Shown piece by piece: positions 38,376-47,350 of a stretch of DNA of 64,000 nt (position 1 is its first letter; the number at the start of each line of letters is the position of its first letter). Source of the DNA: an uncultured Bacilli bacterium (GTDB lineage: Bacteria; Bacillota_I; Bacilli_A; RFN20; CAG-826); assembly GCA_905236715.1 (NCBI GenBank), contig CAJOMQ010000004.1, forward strand, positions 5,939-69,938. The letters are read 5' to 3'. The notes beneath the pieces were generated by a model that was given only the letters and a program-made list of their open reading frames with translations, had not been told where the DNA came from and made no database searches. The translations under genes were made by a program, and so were the position numbers.

Positions 38376-39287
38376 TTAATAATTTTCTATGTTAGAACCC
38401 TTTTTATAATTACATCTATGGCAAAGAGTCTGGAGATTATCAAATGTTGATTTACCACCTTTTGAGATTGGAAAAATGTGGTCAACTTCTAAGTCTTTTG
38501 TTCTTCTTCCACATTTTTTGCATCTATAATGATCTCTTTCATAGATAGCAAATCTCATCTTGTTGGTAACCTTACCACGTTCCACTCTACAAATAGCTTT
38601 CCATATGTCATTATTCAAATAAAAGTTACCGCGCTTCTGATTTATTTTGGTGATAATATCTTTGATTTCTTTTGGAGAAAATGTAGCGCTTTTAGAGGTT
38701 CTATACGCACCATTGATATTTGTTAATTTCAAACGAACATCAATTGAAAATTCTGTAGTGGGAGTTTTAAGATTCTTTCCCACTATTGTTTTTTCAAATT
38801 TATTTAATCTATTTATATTCCTAAGAAGTTCATCGGTATCATATTTTTCAAACACTAATGTGTCTTTGATTTCTTTTGAATATTGATTATATAAGTTCTT
38901 ATTTTCTAACGTGTCTTTTAAGGCCTTGTTAACTTGTTTTTGATAATATACCAATTCATAAGTTAAATAATCCCGACAAGAAATATCACCATACATATTT
39001 TCGTTATCATAAGAATGTTCCATATCGAAATTCTTTATGCTTTTAAATGCATATTTATTGTTAATTTCTTTCAGCTGTTTTAAAGCAATGCTATGAGCTT
39101 CAGCAAACTTTCTATATTTGCTTCTAACAATAGAAACAGGTAGGAAAATGCTAAGAAAAATAGCAATTGATATTAAGATAACAATTAGAAGCACTACTGC
39201 TGGATTGAAATTTGAATTTAATAGCACAAAAATCATAATTAAATTACATATGTTACAATTACAGAACAATATAATTATAGCACTCAA
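38376..39287 (-). CDS. Membrane-anchored HNH endonuclease
   Basis: The C-terminal HNH motif reads YERDHYRCKKCGRRTKDLEVDHIFPISKGGKSTFDNLQTLCHRCNYKKG. The N-terminal TM helix is AVVLLIVILISIAIFLSIFLPVSIV, followed by a ~190 aa middle region of unknown family. The track start at 39287 is a TTG, and the first ATG is at 39236. Confidence 0.8.
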   Translation of the reverse strand: MSAIIILFCNCNICNLIMIFVLLNSNFNPAVVLLIVILISIAIFLSIFLPVSIVRSKYRKFAEAHSIALKQLKEINNKYAFKSIKNFDMEHSYDNENMYGDISCRDYLTYELVYYQKQVNKALKDTLENKNLYNQYSKEIKDTLVFEKYDTDELLRNINRLNKFEKTIVGKNLKTPTTEFSIDVRLKLTNINGAYRTSKSATFSPKEIKDIITKINQKRGNFYLNNDIWKAICRVERGKVTNKMRFAIYERDHYRCKKCGRRTKDLEVDHIFPISKGGKSTFDNLQTLCHRCNYKKGSNIENY

Positions 39288-39330
39288 ATTCTATGTGAAA
39301 CATTTTGGGCTTAGAAAGCGAAATAAGGCA

Positions 39331-39364
39331 TAAAAAAAGAGGTCAACATTTTCGGTCAACCTCT
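39331..39364 (-). terminator. Possible rho-independent terminator overlapping the FtsK-like stop codon
   Basis: The minus strand reads AGAGGT-(15 nt loop)-ACCTCT followed by TTTTTTT (A-run at 39332-39338 on the plus strand). The stem is short and the loop long, so it is at best a partial terminator. Confidence 0.4.
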
Positions 39365-40336
39365 ATTTACATCAATAACTTTCGCTATCAATTCGTTTTC
39401 AGGGTAAGCAATTTTAAGTCTAGTCCATTGAACACCATTTTTGAAAATGCACTCGCCTACGTCTAGTTCTTCGCCACCTTTTCTATCAAGTATCACAACA
39501 CTATCTCTAACACTCGCAGTCTTTAACGATAATCTATAAGGCATATTGGCTTTGATTAAACCACTAACAATATCACACGAGGGTCTTTGAGTTGCCACAA
39601 TCAAGTGTATGCCACACGCTCTACCTTTTTGTGCAAGTCTAACAATGCTTTCTTCAACCTCAAACTTGCTAGTCAACATTAAGTCAGCAAGTTCATCAAT
39701 GATGATAAAGAGTTCAGTGTATTTAAGATTAGGTTTTCTATATCTTTCCTCCATTACCTCAACTGCTCTATTCAATACCCTTATCGCCTCTTTTGTGTTG
39801 TCAACAAATGTTGTTTTCCTAACTTGCCTAAAATGGTTAAGTTCAGTGCCTTTTGGGTCAATCAATAAGAATTGTGGTATCTTAAATCTATTTTTGCCAA
39901 AGTGGGCAATAATGTTGCAAATGATATTGTTAAGCAATACCGATTTACCACTTCCTGTTGTGCCTGCGATAAGTAAGTGTGGTATCTTGTCAAAGTCTAA
40001 ATGCACTTCATTGCCAAAGTTGTCAATACCTATGGTTATATCTCTACCATTGATGTATCTCGCTAATGAGATTTTATCTTGCTTGTAGGTGGTATCTAAA
40101 ATACCAAAGTGTGCTTCTTTCGTGTCAATTAGTTTCAAGTATGCGTGATGAAACACTGCGATTTTCTCTAAAAGTGATGAGATATATCTTTTATTGTAAT
40201 CGCTAATGTATTTCAAGTTATAAAGGTATGTGTTGCCTATTGGACTTGCATACCCCCTAACATACTCAACTTCTAAACCTAACTCGCAATAGTTGGTCGC
40301 AAATAATTTGCCAAAGTAATCTACCCTGTCAATCAT
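39356..40336 (-). CDS. Soluble FtsK/SpoIIIE-family DNA-translocase ATPase (motor domain only)
   Basis: 326 aa. Walker A LLIAGTTGSGKS, Walker B LFIIIDELADLM, and GIHLIVATQRPSCDIVSGLIKANMPYRLSLKTAS, typical of the FtsK beta domain. The N-terminal ~120 aa look like the FtsK alpha domain. There are no TM segments and no gamma domain. Confidence 0.8.
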   Translation of the reverse strand: MIDRVDYFGKLFATNYCELGLEVEYVRGYASPIGNTYLYNLKYISDYNKRYISSLLEKIAVFHHAYLKLIDTKEAHFGILDTTYKQDKISLARYINGRDITIGIDNFGNEVHLDFDKIPHLLIAGTTGSGKSVLLNNIICNIIAHFGKNRFKIPQFLLIDPKGTELNHFRQVRKTTFVDNTKEAIRVLNRAVEVMEERYRKPNLKYTELFIIIDELADLMLTSKFEVEESIVRLAQKGRACGIHLIVATQRPSCDIVSGLIKANMPYRLSLKTASVRDSVVILDRKGGEELDVGECIFKNGVQWTRLKIAYPENELIAKVIDVNRG

Positions 40337-40542
40337 AATTTTTATCTCGCTTTCACGATGGCGTGTAAAATATCGTCGCCATCTCTAAAATTTTTTCAAC
40401 AATACGAGTATCGTTAATTATATCATTTTTTGGCATGACATAAACTCGCACTCTTGCCATCAACAAATTCTAATCTTGCAGTTTCGTTGTCTTTCTTTTC
40501 TTTTTATGCAAGGTCGCTTAAAGTATATAATATCTTCTAAAA

Positions 40543-41379
40543 CTAGTAGCAGATTATCTCGTCTTCAACTACTTTAATGACTTCTTGTGGCAAGTCATCA
40601 ATTCTAAAGATATACACTTTATTCAATCTTGGATTAAATATTCCTATTTTTGTTATTTCTTTATAAATTGGTTGTCTGGAGTGTTGCCCCATAATCCAAT
40701 ACATTAAAAGTTGAAGAGTGTGTTTATTGGTTGGCTCAGAAACAGTTACTTTAAAATCCCATAATGTATCAGCTGTAAGAAAATCACCATCGCCAGTATC
40801 AACCGTTCCAGTGTAGCCACCCCATGTTCCTTTGCCGGTTTCAACCATTTTCCTATAATCGGATTCTTTGCCATTTACTGGTTCAAAAGTAAATCCATCT
40901 TGTACAATAGGACCATATTTCTTGATAAAAGCCAGGCTTCTTTGAACCATTGTTTTGATGTTATCTACAGTCTCCTTATCAGGATTCGTTTCTTTATATG
41001 TTTTAGCCATCATTGCAGCTGGGGTGTTTCTAAACCACACATCAAAAGTAACCAATTTACAGGCACTTATAATAGATTTATCATCCAATCCTTTAATATC
41101 GCTCAATAGCTTAACGGCAACAGTGAAGGCGTCTTTAAAACCTAATTCGCCAGCTAGTTTTGCTCCTCTAAGAGATATTCCAAAGGCATCCTCCGGTTCT
41201 GCACCATTTATCAATCTAGTTAAATAGTCTACAGCCATGCCGACAATAGAGGCATGTACATTCTCTTCTTGATTTAAAACCACACCATCGTTTTGCTGTT
41301 CAACCATCATATCGGATGGTTTAATAAAGCCACCACGTGGTTGCTTAATTTGATTAATTCTTGCTGTTACACTAGGCAT
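40543..41379 (-). CDS. Hypothetical PD-(D/E)xK-type nuclease
   Basis: 278 aa. Candidate catalytic core GDGDFLTADTLWDFKVT (D ... D-x-K). Its AGGAG RBS lies inside the last codons of hsdR, and the start is 2 nt after the hsdR stop. Confidence 0.5.
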   Translation of the reverse strand: MPSVTARINQIKQPRGGFIKPSDMMVEQQNDGVVLNQEENVHASIVGMAVDYLTRLINGAEPEDAFGISLRGAKLAGELGFKDAFTVAVKLLSDIKGLDDKSIISACKLVTFDVWFRNTPAAMMAKTYKETNPDKETVDNIKTMVQRSLAFIKKYGPIVQDGFTFEPVNGKESDYRKMVETGKGTWGGYTGTVDTGDGDFLTADTLWDFKVTVSEPTNKHTLQLLMYWIMGQHSRQPIYKEITKIGIFNPRLNKVYIFRIDDLPQEVIKVVEDEIICY

Positions 41380-41381
41380 AA

Positions 41382-44300
41382 TTATTCTCCTTCTATACTA
41401 TCTATAGTTTCTTCTTTGCCAGAAGATAATGTTCTATAAAGCTCTTTAGCCATTACATTCATAACTACTTTTTGGAACTCTCCATCATTGAGCAATCTAT
41501 TGAACGCTTCATCATTTTTCATAAAGCACTCAACCAACACTCTTTGGAATTCTGTTGGGAAGATGGATTTAATAAACATATTAATGTCATTGGTTTTGGC
41601 ATATTCTTTAAGTCTTGCCTTAACAACACTATCTTCGAGAAGCATCTTTGCAACACTTTCAATAGCAGCACTATCAGCGCTACCGACAGCAGAGCCAAAT
41701 TGTTCATTGATCTTTTCAATAATTCTTTGAAGCGTATTTAGTTTCTTAATTCTGGCACGTGGCTCTGCGCCTTTAGCGGGTTTAAAGCCTCCAGAATTAT
41801 CTTCTAATTCAATAGCGCCGTGGAATGTTTCTTTTAAATGAGCATATTCAAGAGAAATTTTATCGTCTAATTTAATCTTTGAACTTTCGGTTTTCGGAAG
41901 TAAGTGGACTAAATGAGCAACAAACAAATAGTCTTTAAACAAATCTTTATCAGAAATTCTCACTAATTGGGTAACAAATGCATAGCATCTTGTGAATTTC
42001 ATCATTGTATCTCTAGCAAGATAACGATGTTCTTCGTCAAGTTCCATATATCTATCCACCACAGGCTTCAAGATACTGGCAACTTTGCCAATGGCTGTAG
42101 AATCTTGTTTCTTTTTAGCGCCTTGGCTTGTCATAATTTCAATAAAGGCATCCACTTCTGCAGATGTAAATAAGCTTAATGCGGCCACTTTTCTTCTTAG
42201 GTCGTAGACACGATTAATGTCCATATCAGATTCAAGGGTGGTTTCTGTATAGAATGGTTCAAAAGATTTTTTGATTGTCTCTACTGTGTTTTCAAAATCT
42301 AAAATGAATGTATCTTCTTTATCTCTACAAACTCTATTTAAACGAGATAGTGTTTGAACCGCATTAACCCCCTTGAGCTTTTTATCAACATACATTGAAT
42401 GGAGGTATGGTTCGTCATAACCAGTTTGATATTTATTGGCAACAACTAAAATATTGAAATCATCACTATGGAAAGCTGCTCTTAATTTACGATCAGAAAC
42501 AATAAATTTGCCATCTCTGTCCCTATTCATTTTGACTTCGACATATTCATTATCATCGCCATCTAATTTAACTGTGCCAGAAAATGCAATCAAGGCATCT
42601 GTTCCTTGACATTCGGCCTTATGGTTCTTTATATATTCTTTAATTGCGAAATAGAATCTAACGGCATTTTCTCTAGAATCACAAATAACCATTGCTTTGC
42701 CGTGACCACCAATTTTTAAGTGGCCGTTGTGTAGGAAGTTATCCATGATCATTTCAACTTTTTGAGAAATAGTTAAATCATGTTCTTTATAGAATTTAAA
42801 TAAGGCACGCTTTGCACTTTGTTCAATAAGTTCCGGATTTTCTTCCGTCTTTTTAGCGATCTCAAAAGCTTGTTTGATGGTCATATAATCTTTTAAAACA
42901 TCAAGAATATATCCTTCTTCAATGGCTTGCTTCATGCTATACGTGTGGAATGGGTGCCTTGTTCCGTCATCCCATCTAGTGCCGAATGTTTGCAATGTTT
43001 TTCCAATCGGAGTTGCAGTAAATGCAAAGAATGATTGGTTGTTGTGGTGGCCTTGAGCAAGAATTTCTTGAACCAAATCATCGTTTTCATCTAGATCATT
43101 TGGATCTTCAATTCCCATCTCTTCTGCATACTTTTTCATTTCTGCGTCTAAATCAGTTAATGATTTTCTTAATGTTCTGGCAGCCTCACCACTTTGACCT
43201 TGATGTGCTTCGTCGATAATAATCGCAAAGTTTCTGCCTTTTATATCGTCGAAGTCTTTATAAGCGTGCAAGAATTTTTGAACAGTACAGATAATAATTT
43301 TCTTTTTATCATTAATGGCTTCAATTAGACCTCTGCTGCCTTTCTTTTGAGTAATGCACTCAATTAGGCCAGCCTTATGTTCAAAACTATTAATTGTGTC
43401 TTGAAGTTGACTATCAAGGACAATTCTATTTGTTACGACAATAACTGTATCAAAAACATTTTCCTCATCCTCTGTAAAAGCCGAAGCCAATCGATAAGCC
43501 ACCCAAGCAATTGAATTAGATTTGCCAGAACCAGCCGAGTGCTCAATCAAATAATTCTTACCGGCCCCGTTTTCTTTAACATCATCTAAAATTTTATGAA
43601 CAACATCATATTGATGGAATCTTGGAAAGATAATCTTTTTAATAATGGATTTTTTAATTTGCCCATTAACTTTTTCTTCTTTTTTCTCTTCCACCACTGT
43701 AATAAATCTGCGGATTAAATCCATCACAGAATCTTTTTGGAATACCCTCTGCCATAAATAAGCAGTTGGATATCCATGTGGATTTGATGGATTGCCCTTG
43801 CCACCAGCTTTGCCAGCGCCTTCACTACCTTGATTAAATGGTCTAAAGACAGTTTTTTCTCCACAAAGTTCAGTTGTCATCCAAGCTTCATATAAATCAA
43901 CAGCAAAATACGCAAAGAATCTTTGTTCAAATTTGAATATAGGTTCTTTGTAGTCTCTATCTTCTTTCCATTGTTCAATGGCGCATTCATAATCTTGACC
44001 TTTAAATTGATCTTTTAATTCAAAAGCAAAGACTGGAATACCATTAATGGAAATCACCATGTCAATTTCGTTATTGTTTTGTAATGAATAAGGAAATTGT
44101 CTAGTAATACCAATAATGTTCTTTGAATATAAATCATTAAGAAGAGCATTCATTGTTGAGTCTGGTTTGAAATAGCAGACATTTAATTTAATACCCATGT
44201 CTTCAAAACCGTTTTTAAGAACATCTAAAAGTCCTCTGGAAATAACTGAGTCGTTAAATCTTCTGATTAATTTCTTTTCAGCTTGATCGCCATAGTAACG

Positions 44301-44498
44301 TTGATATCTAGTCCATTCTCTTGCTTGTGTATTCTTGATAAATTCCACTAAAACGTTAGGGAATAGCATAGATTCTTTATCATATTCCGCTCTGTCTACT
44401 TTACGATACCCGCTACTCAGCAAATCCGCTTCGATATCAGATTCAAATTGGGTTTCAGATACATTCATAGCCATATATTCAAATTTGTCATTACTCAT
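41382..44498 (-). CDS. hsdR: Type I restriction endonuclease subunit R
   Basis: 1038 aa. N-terminal nuclease core IDMVISINGIPVFAFELKD. Helicase motifs HSAGSGKSNSIAW and IIIDEAHQGQSG, then QTLSRLNR. It sits in an operon with hsdM and hsdS. Confidence 0.9.
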   Translation of the reverse strand: MSNDKFEYMAMNVSETQFESDIEADLLSSGYRKVDRAEYDKESMLFPNVLVEFIKNTQAREWTRYQRYYGDQAEKKLIRRFNDSVISRGLLDVLKNGFEDMGIKLNVCYFKPDSTMNALLNDLYSKNIIGITRQFPYSLQNNNEIDMVISINGIPVFAFELKDQFKGQDYECAIEQWKEDRDYKEPIFKFEQRFFAYFAVDLYEAWMTTELCGEKTVFRPFNQGSEGAGKAGGKGNPSNPHGYPTAYLWQRVFQKDSVMDLIRRFITVVEEKKEEKVNGQIKKSIIKKIIFPRFHQYDVVHKILDDVKENGAGKNYLIEHSAGSGKSNSIAWVAYRLASAFTEDEENVFDTVIVVTNRIVLDSQLQDTINSFEHKAGLIECITQKKGSRGLIEAINDKKKIIICTVQKFLHAYKDFDDIKGRNFAIIIDEAHQGQSGEAARTLRKSLTDLDAEMKKYAEEMGIEDPNDLDENDDLVQEILAQGHHNNQSFFAFTATPIGKTLQTFGTRWDDGTRHPFHTYSMKQAIEEGYILDVLKDYMTIKQAFEIAKKTEENPELIEQSAKRALFKFYKEHDLTISQKVEMIMDNFLHNGHLKIGGHGKAMVICDSRENAVRFYFAIKEYIKNHKAECQGTDALIAFSGTVKLDGDDNEYVEVKMNRDRDGKFIVSDRKLRAAFHSDDFNILVVANKYQTGYDEPYLHSMYVDKKLKGVNAVQTLSRLNRVCRDKEDTFILDFENTVETIKKSFEPFYTETTLESDMDINRVYDLRRKVAALSLFTSAEVDAFIEIMTSQGAKKKQDSTAIGKVASILKPVVDRYMELDEEHRYLARDTMMKFTRCYAFVTQLVRISDKDLFKDYLFVAHLVHLLPKTESSKIKLDDKISLEYAHLKETFHGAIELEDNSGGFKPAKGAEPRARIKKLNTLQRIIEKINEQFGSAVGSADSAAIESVAKMLLEDSVVKARLKEYAKTNDINMFIKSIFPTEFQRVLVECFMKNDEAFNRLLNDGEFQKVVMNVMAKELYRTLSSGKEETIDSIEGE

Positions 44499-45528
44499 AT
44501 TTTGGTTCCTCCTTAATGAGATTATTCATTTCAGTCACTGTAATTTCATTGATTTCTCTTATTGTATTAAATAGTTTTTTGCTCACAAGCATTTGGTAAA
44601 GAAACACAACTTTAATATGGTAAAAATATTCCTGGCCGAAAGTATCTTCTACTGCCAGAAAAATATTTAAAGGTGATTTGTATTTAAACGAGAAAAAACA
44701 GCTTTTATTAGGAAGCATTATTTTATTTCCTTGAAGCTCGAACCATTTGCCATCATGAAATAGTTTCGTTAATTTTACTGATGATTTTTCGGAGTTTTCT
44801 AATTCGGCATAAACTTCTTGTTTAAATTCAAGTTCCAAATCTTCAGGAACACAAAGTTTTTTAATTGCATTACCTGCTGGTTCTTTATCTAGCATATTGA
44901 ATGTAAATAGCGGTTTTGCTTTTTTTAGTTCATCTTCTCTTCTAGCATTATCAGATTTCTTAATAGTTAGCATCACACCTAACAGTGTTAGCAATCCCCC
45001 AATTAAAGCCGCGACAATAGCAGTAACTATAGTTTGAAGACTTACATCAGGGATTTTGTATATTAAGAGAATAGATAATAAGAAGCTCAAAACAAAATCG
45101 CCAATAATTAGGAAGTTGGGGTAAGAAGATGAGTCTTTTCTTTTAATCAAAACAGACGCTATATCATAAACCATTTTAACTAAATAAAGACCAGCAAGAA
45201 TAAAGAAAGCTAATAGCCAATTCATAAACATACAAATAAACGCAAAATCGGCATACCAAATAGACAAAATAGCTACTACGATTTTGGTTGAGGCCGCTTT
45301 CTTTTGCTCTTCTGTAAAGCTGCCCTTTGATTCAGCGTTAATTTTAAAATTCACTAGTGCAACCGGACTAATAACAGCCACGCAAATAGCTATTACCCAA
45401 TAAGCTGTTAACTTATCAGGAAATATAAAATGCAATGGCAGAGTGACTCCGAGCGTAACAATTATTACCAAAAGCGTAAACAAGGAAGCGCTTGTTGCTT
45501 TAGATATTTTCTTTTTTTCTTTTTCCAT
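44491..45528 (-). CDS. Polytopic membrane protein (~6 TM) with a soluble C-terminal domain, unknown family
   Basis: 345 aa. Hydrophobic segments include LFTLLVIIVTLGVTLPLHFIF, YWVIAICVAVISPVALV, IVVAILSIWYADFAFICMF, WLLAFFILAGLYLV, FLIIGDFVLSFLLSILLIY and IVTAIVAALIGGLLTLLGVML, followed by a ~150 aa hydrophilic tail. It overlaps the hsdR start by 8 nt (ATGAGTAA). Confidence 0.7.
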   Translation of the reverse strand: MEKEKKKISKATSASLFTLLVIIVTLGVTLPLHFIFPDKLTAYWVIAICVAVISPVALVNFKINAESKGSFTEEQKKAASTKIVVAILSIWYADFAFICMFMNWLLAFFILAGLYLVKMVYDIASVLIKRKDSSSYPNFLIIGDFVLSFLLSILLIYKIPDVSLQTIVTAIVAALIGGLLTLLGVMLTIKKSDNARREDELKKAKPLFTFNMLDKEPAGNAIKKLCVPEDLELEFKQEVYAELENSEKSSVKLTKLFHDGKWFELQGNKIMLPNKSCFFSFKYKSPLNIFLAVEDTFGQEYFYHIKVVFLYQMLVSKKLFNTIREINEITVTEMNNLIKEEPKYE

Positions 45529-46098
45529 TTATTTCCGCCCTCCTTCATCAAAACCAAATGTTCTTCTGGTTCTAAAATCTGTATTTACCAAGTTGTAATT
45601 AAAGAAATTAAATTTATTCTTGTCTTCTTTATAACAAATCTCAGCTAATCGACATATTTTCCAACATAGATCTCTAACGTTTATTGTTAGTTTTTTGTTT
45701 ATTGCTTTATCGTTTCCATTTTCATCTTTGACAATTTCTACTTCAGAAGAACCAGTTATTATGCTTGAACCTTCATACTGTCTATAAAGGAGCTCAAAAT
45801 AGATTATCCCAAACTTCTTTCCATCAATATTCGGATTACCTTGATGGAGTATTGAGTTTCTCAACGAATAAACAAGTTCGCCACTTAAGTATGGCATTCC
45901 GATTCTAGCATGCTCTTCATCGTGTTCGTATTGGCCAATATATTTATCAAACCATTTGATGTATCTCTCACTTGGTTTTAAATTTGGGTAGAATGCTTTG
46001 CCACAAATATCTGGCAAAGTTAAAGCAAGTGAAAGACCAGCCATAACACAGCCACTATCTAAACATTGGTTTATTTCTTTAATCAATCTATCAACCAT
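45529..46098 (-). CDS. HEPN-like protein (R-x4-H motif)
   Basis: 189 aa starting from the ATG at 46098 (the track TTG is at 46104). The motif YSLRNSILHQG fits the HEPN R-x4-6-H signature. The start overlaps the hsdS stop (ATGGTTGA), and its TAA directly abuts the ATG of the membrane protein. Confidence 0.5.
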   Translation of the reverse strand: MVDRLIKEINQCLDSGCVMAGLSLALTLPDICGKAFYPNLKPSERYIKWFDKYIGQYEHDEEHARIGMPYLSGELVYSLRNSILHQGNPNIDGKKFGIIYFELLYRQYEGSSIITGSSEVEIVKDENGNDKAINKKLTINVRDLCWKICRLAEICYKEDKNKFNFFNYNLVNTDFRTRRTFGFDEGGRK

Positions 46099-47350
46099 TA
46101 GCAACTTCCTTTTTTCCTGTTACATATTCATAGATAAGCGATTTTTTATACTCATTTAAACCATCAATCTTCTTTTGTTTCAATGAAATTAATGAATCTA
46201 TCTCTGAGCACTTTTTATCTAAATACAAAACAATTTGTTCGGTCTCACAATCTGGCATAACCAAAAAAGATAAATTGCGGAATTTTTCTTTAGTAAAATG
46301 TGCTATTGTGGCTCCATTACAACTAACCTCAAAATAGCCGCTATACTTTGTGAACATTAAATAATATCTCAAAAAATGAAGATTGCCTTGTTTCGATCTT
46401 ACTCTGTGAAGTGCATTTTGTATGAAAACTTTTTCTCCGTCGAGATTATAGAATGCGGAACTCGCGACATCTCCACCCTCAACTACAAGCAAATCACCTT
46501 TTTTTACTTCGTACAGCATTTTTTCCTTTTCAGAAAACCACATTTTTTTTAAATCATCTACCTTTAAATTATTCCCGCCAACATTTGCGGCACATAGATA
46601 ATTTTCAAGAGTTTCATCATCGTTAATTTTGTTTGGTTGTAACATTTTGCCGAGTACAACATCATAGAAAAACATTACTTTTGAAACTTTCCACTTTTCT
46701 GGTATTTTCCCTATCCACTCAACGCCGCTATCCTTCATGGACACGCTTTTGTTAAGTCCTTTTGTTACAGCTTCTGTTATAACTGTATATTCCTTTAATT
46801 TGTCTATTTGCTTGTTTTGGTTATCAATCAGCATCTCAATTTCATCGTTTTTTGTGTTTAAATACCTTGAAATTTTTATTTGAACATCGACTGGTGGCAG
46901 AGGAAGCATTATACTTTTCATTTCTTGCCATCTGGTTGTCCACAAATCAGCAACTATACCATGTCCCCATCTATAAAACTCCTCCGCAAATCCATAATTT
47001 TTCAAGAGATAGTTCATGTAATCGTTATAAATCGCATCCACTGTTTTTGGGTATAAAATCATATTAATCAAAGAAACGGACCCATCTAAAGCGGAAACTC
47101 CGCATGACATTTTTCTGTCTGATCTCGAATTTATAGCAAAGTCACCAGCTTTAACAAGCTTTCTATCATCACTGGCATCGCTTTTGGCAACAGAATTCAT
47201 TTGAGGAATAACGCCACCTTTTGTCACTGAAAGTGGCGCATAAACAGTGTCACTAACTTTTTCATTGCGCAAGTTAAAAAGCTGTCCAATTTTATTGAGT
47301 TTCCAATTATTAGGAATATTGCCTATCCATTCAATTCCACTATATTTCAT
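46091..47350 (-). CDS. hsdS: Type I R-M specificity subunit (second copy)
   Basis: 419 aa with two target-recognition halves. The central and C-terminal conserved helices are KLKEYTVITEAVTKGL and LNEYKKSLIYEYVTGKKEV. RBS GAGGAGG. Confidence 0.85.
   Translation of the reverse strand: MKYSGIEWIGNIPNNWKLNKIGQLFNLRNEKVSDTVYAPLSVTKGGVIPQMNSVAKSDASDDRKLVKAGDFAINSRSDRKMSCGVSALDGSVSLINMILYPKTVDAIYNDYMNYLLKNYGFAEEFYRWGHGIVADLWTTRWQEMKSIMLPLPPVDVQIKISRYLNTKNDEIEMLIDNQNKQIDKLKEYTVITEAVTKGLNKSVSMKDSGVEWIGKIPEKWKVSKVMFFYDVVLGKMLQPNKINDDETLENYLCAANVGGNNLKVDDLKKMWFSEKEKMLYEVKKGDLLVVEGGDVASSAFYNLDGEKVFIQNALHRVRSKQGNLHFLRYYLMFTKYSGYFEVSCNGATIAHFTKEKFRNLSFLVMPDCETEQIVLYLDKKCSEIDSLISLKQKKIDGLNEYKKSLIYEYVTGKKEVANG

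Noticed and set aside
39609-40088. Long antisense or nested ORFs (e.g. 39609..40088 +, 22744..23208 +, 55763..56197 +, 37232..37600 +, 9482..9778 +, 27326..27634 -) as independent genes
   Set aside because: All lie entirely inside strongly supported genes. They translate to low-complexity Ser/Leu/Phe/Ile-rich strings typical of shadow frames in AT-rich DNA, and they lack RBSs.
38376-40336. Calling the ATPase plus HNH pair Septu
   Set aside because: Septu PtuA is an ABC/AAA_15-21-type ATPase, not an FtsK/SpoIIIE motor, and PtuB lacks the N-terminal TM anchor seen here. The similarity is only in the general logic.
40353-40460. The 35-codon ORF (MARVRVYVMPKNDIINDTRIVEKILEMATIFYTPS) upstream of the FtsK-like gene as a real gene
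   Set aside because: It has no convincing RBS and is too short to evaluate without conservation data. It is mentioned only inside the FtsK/HNH finding.
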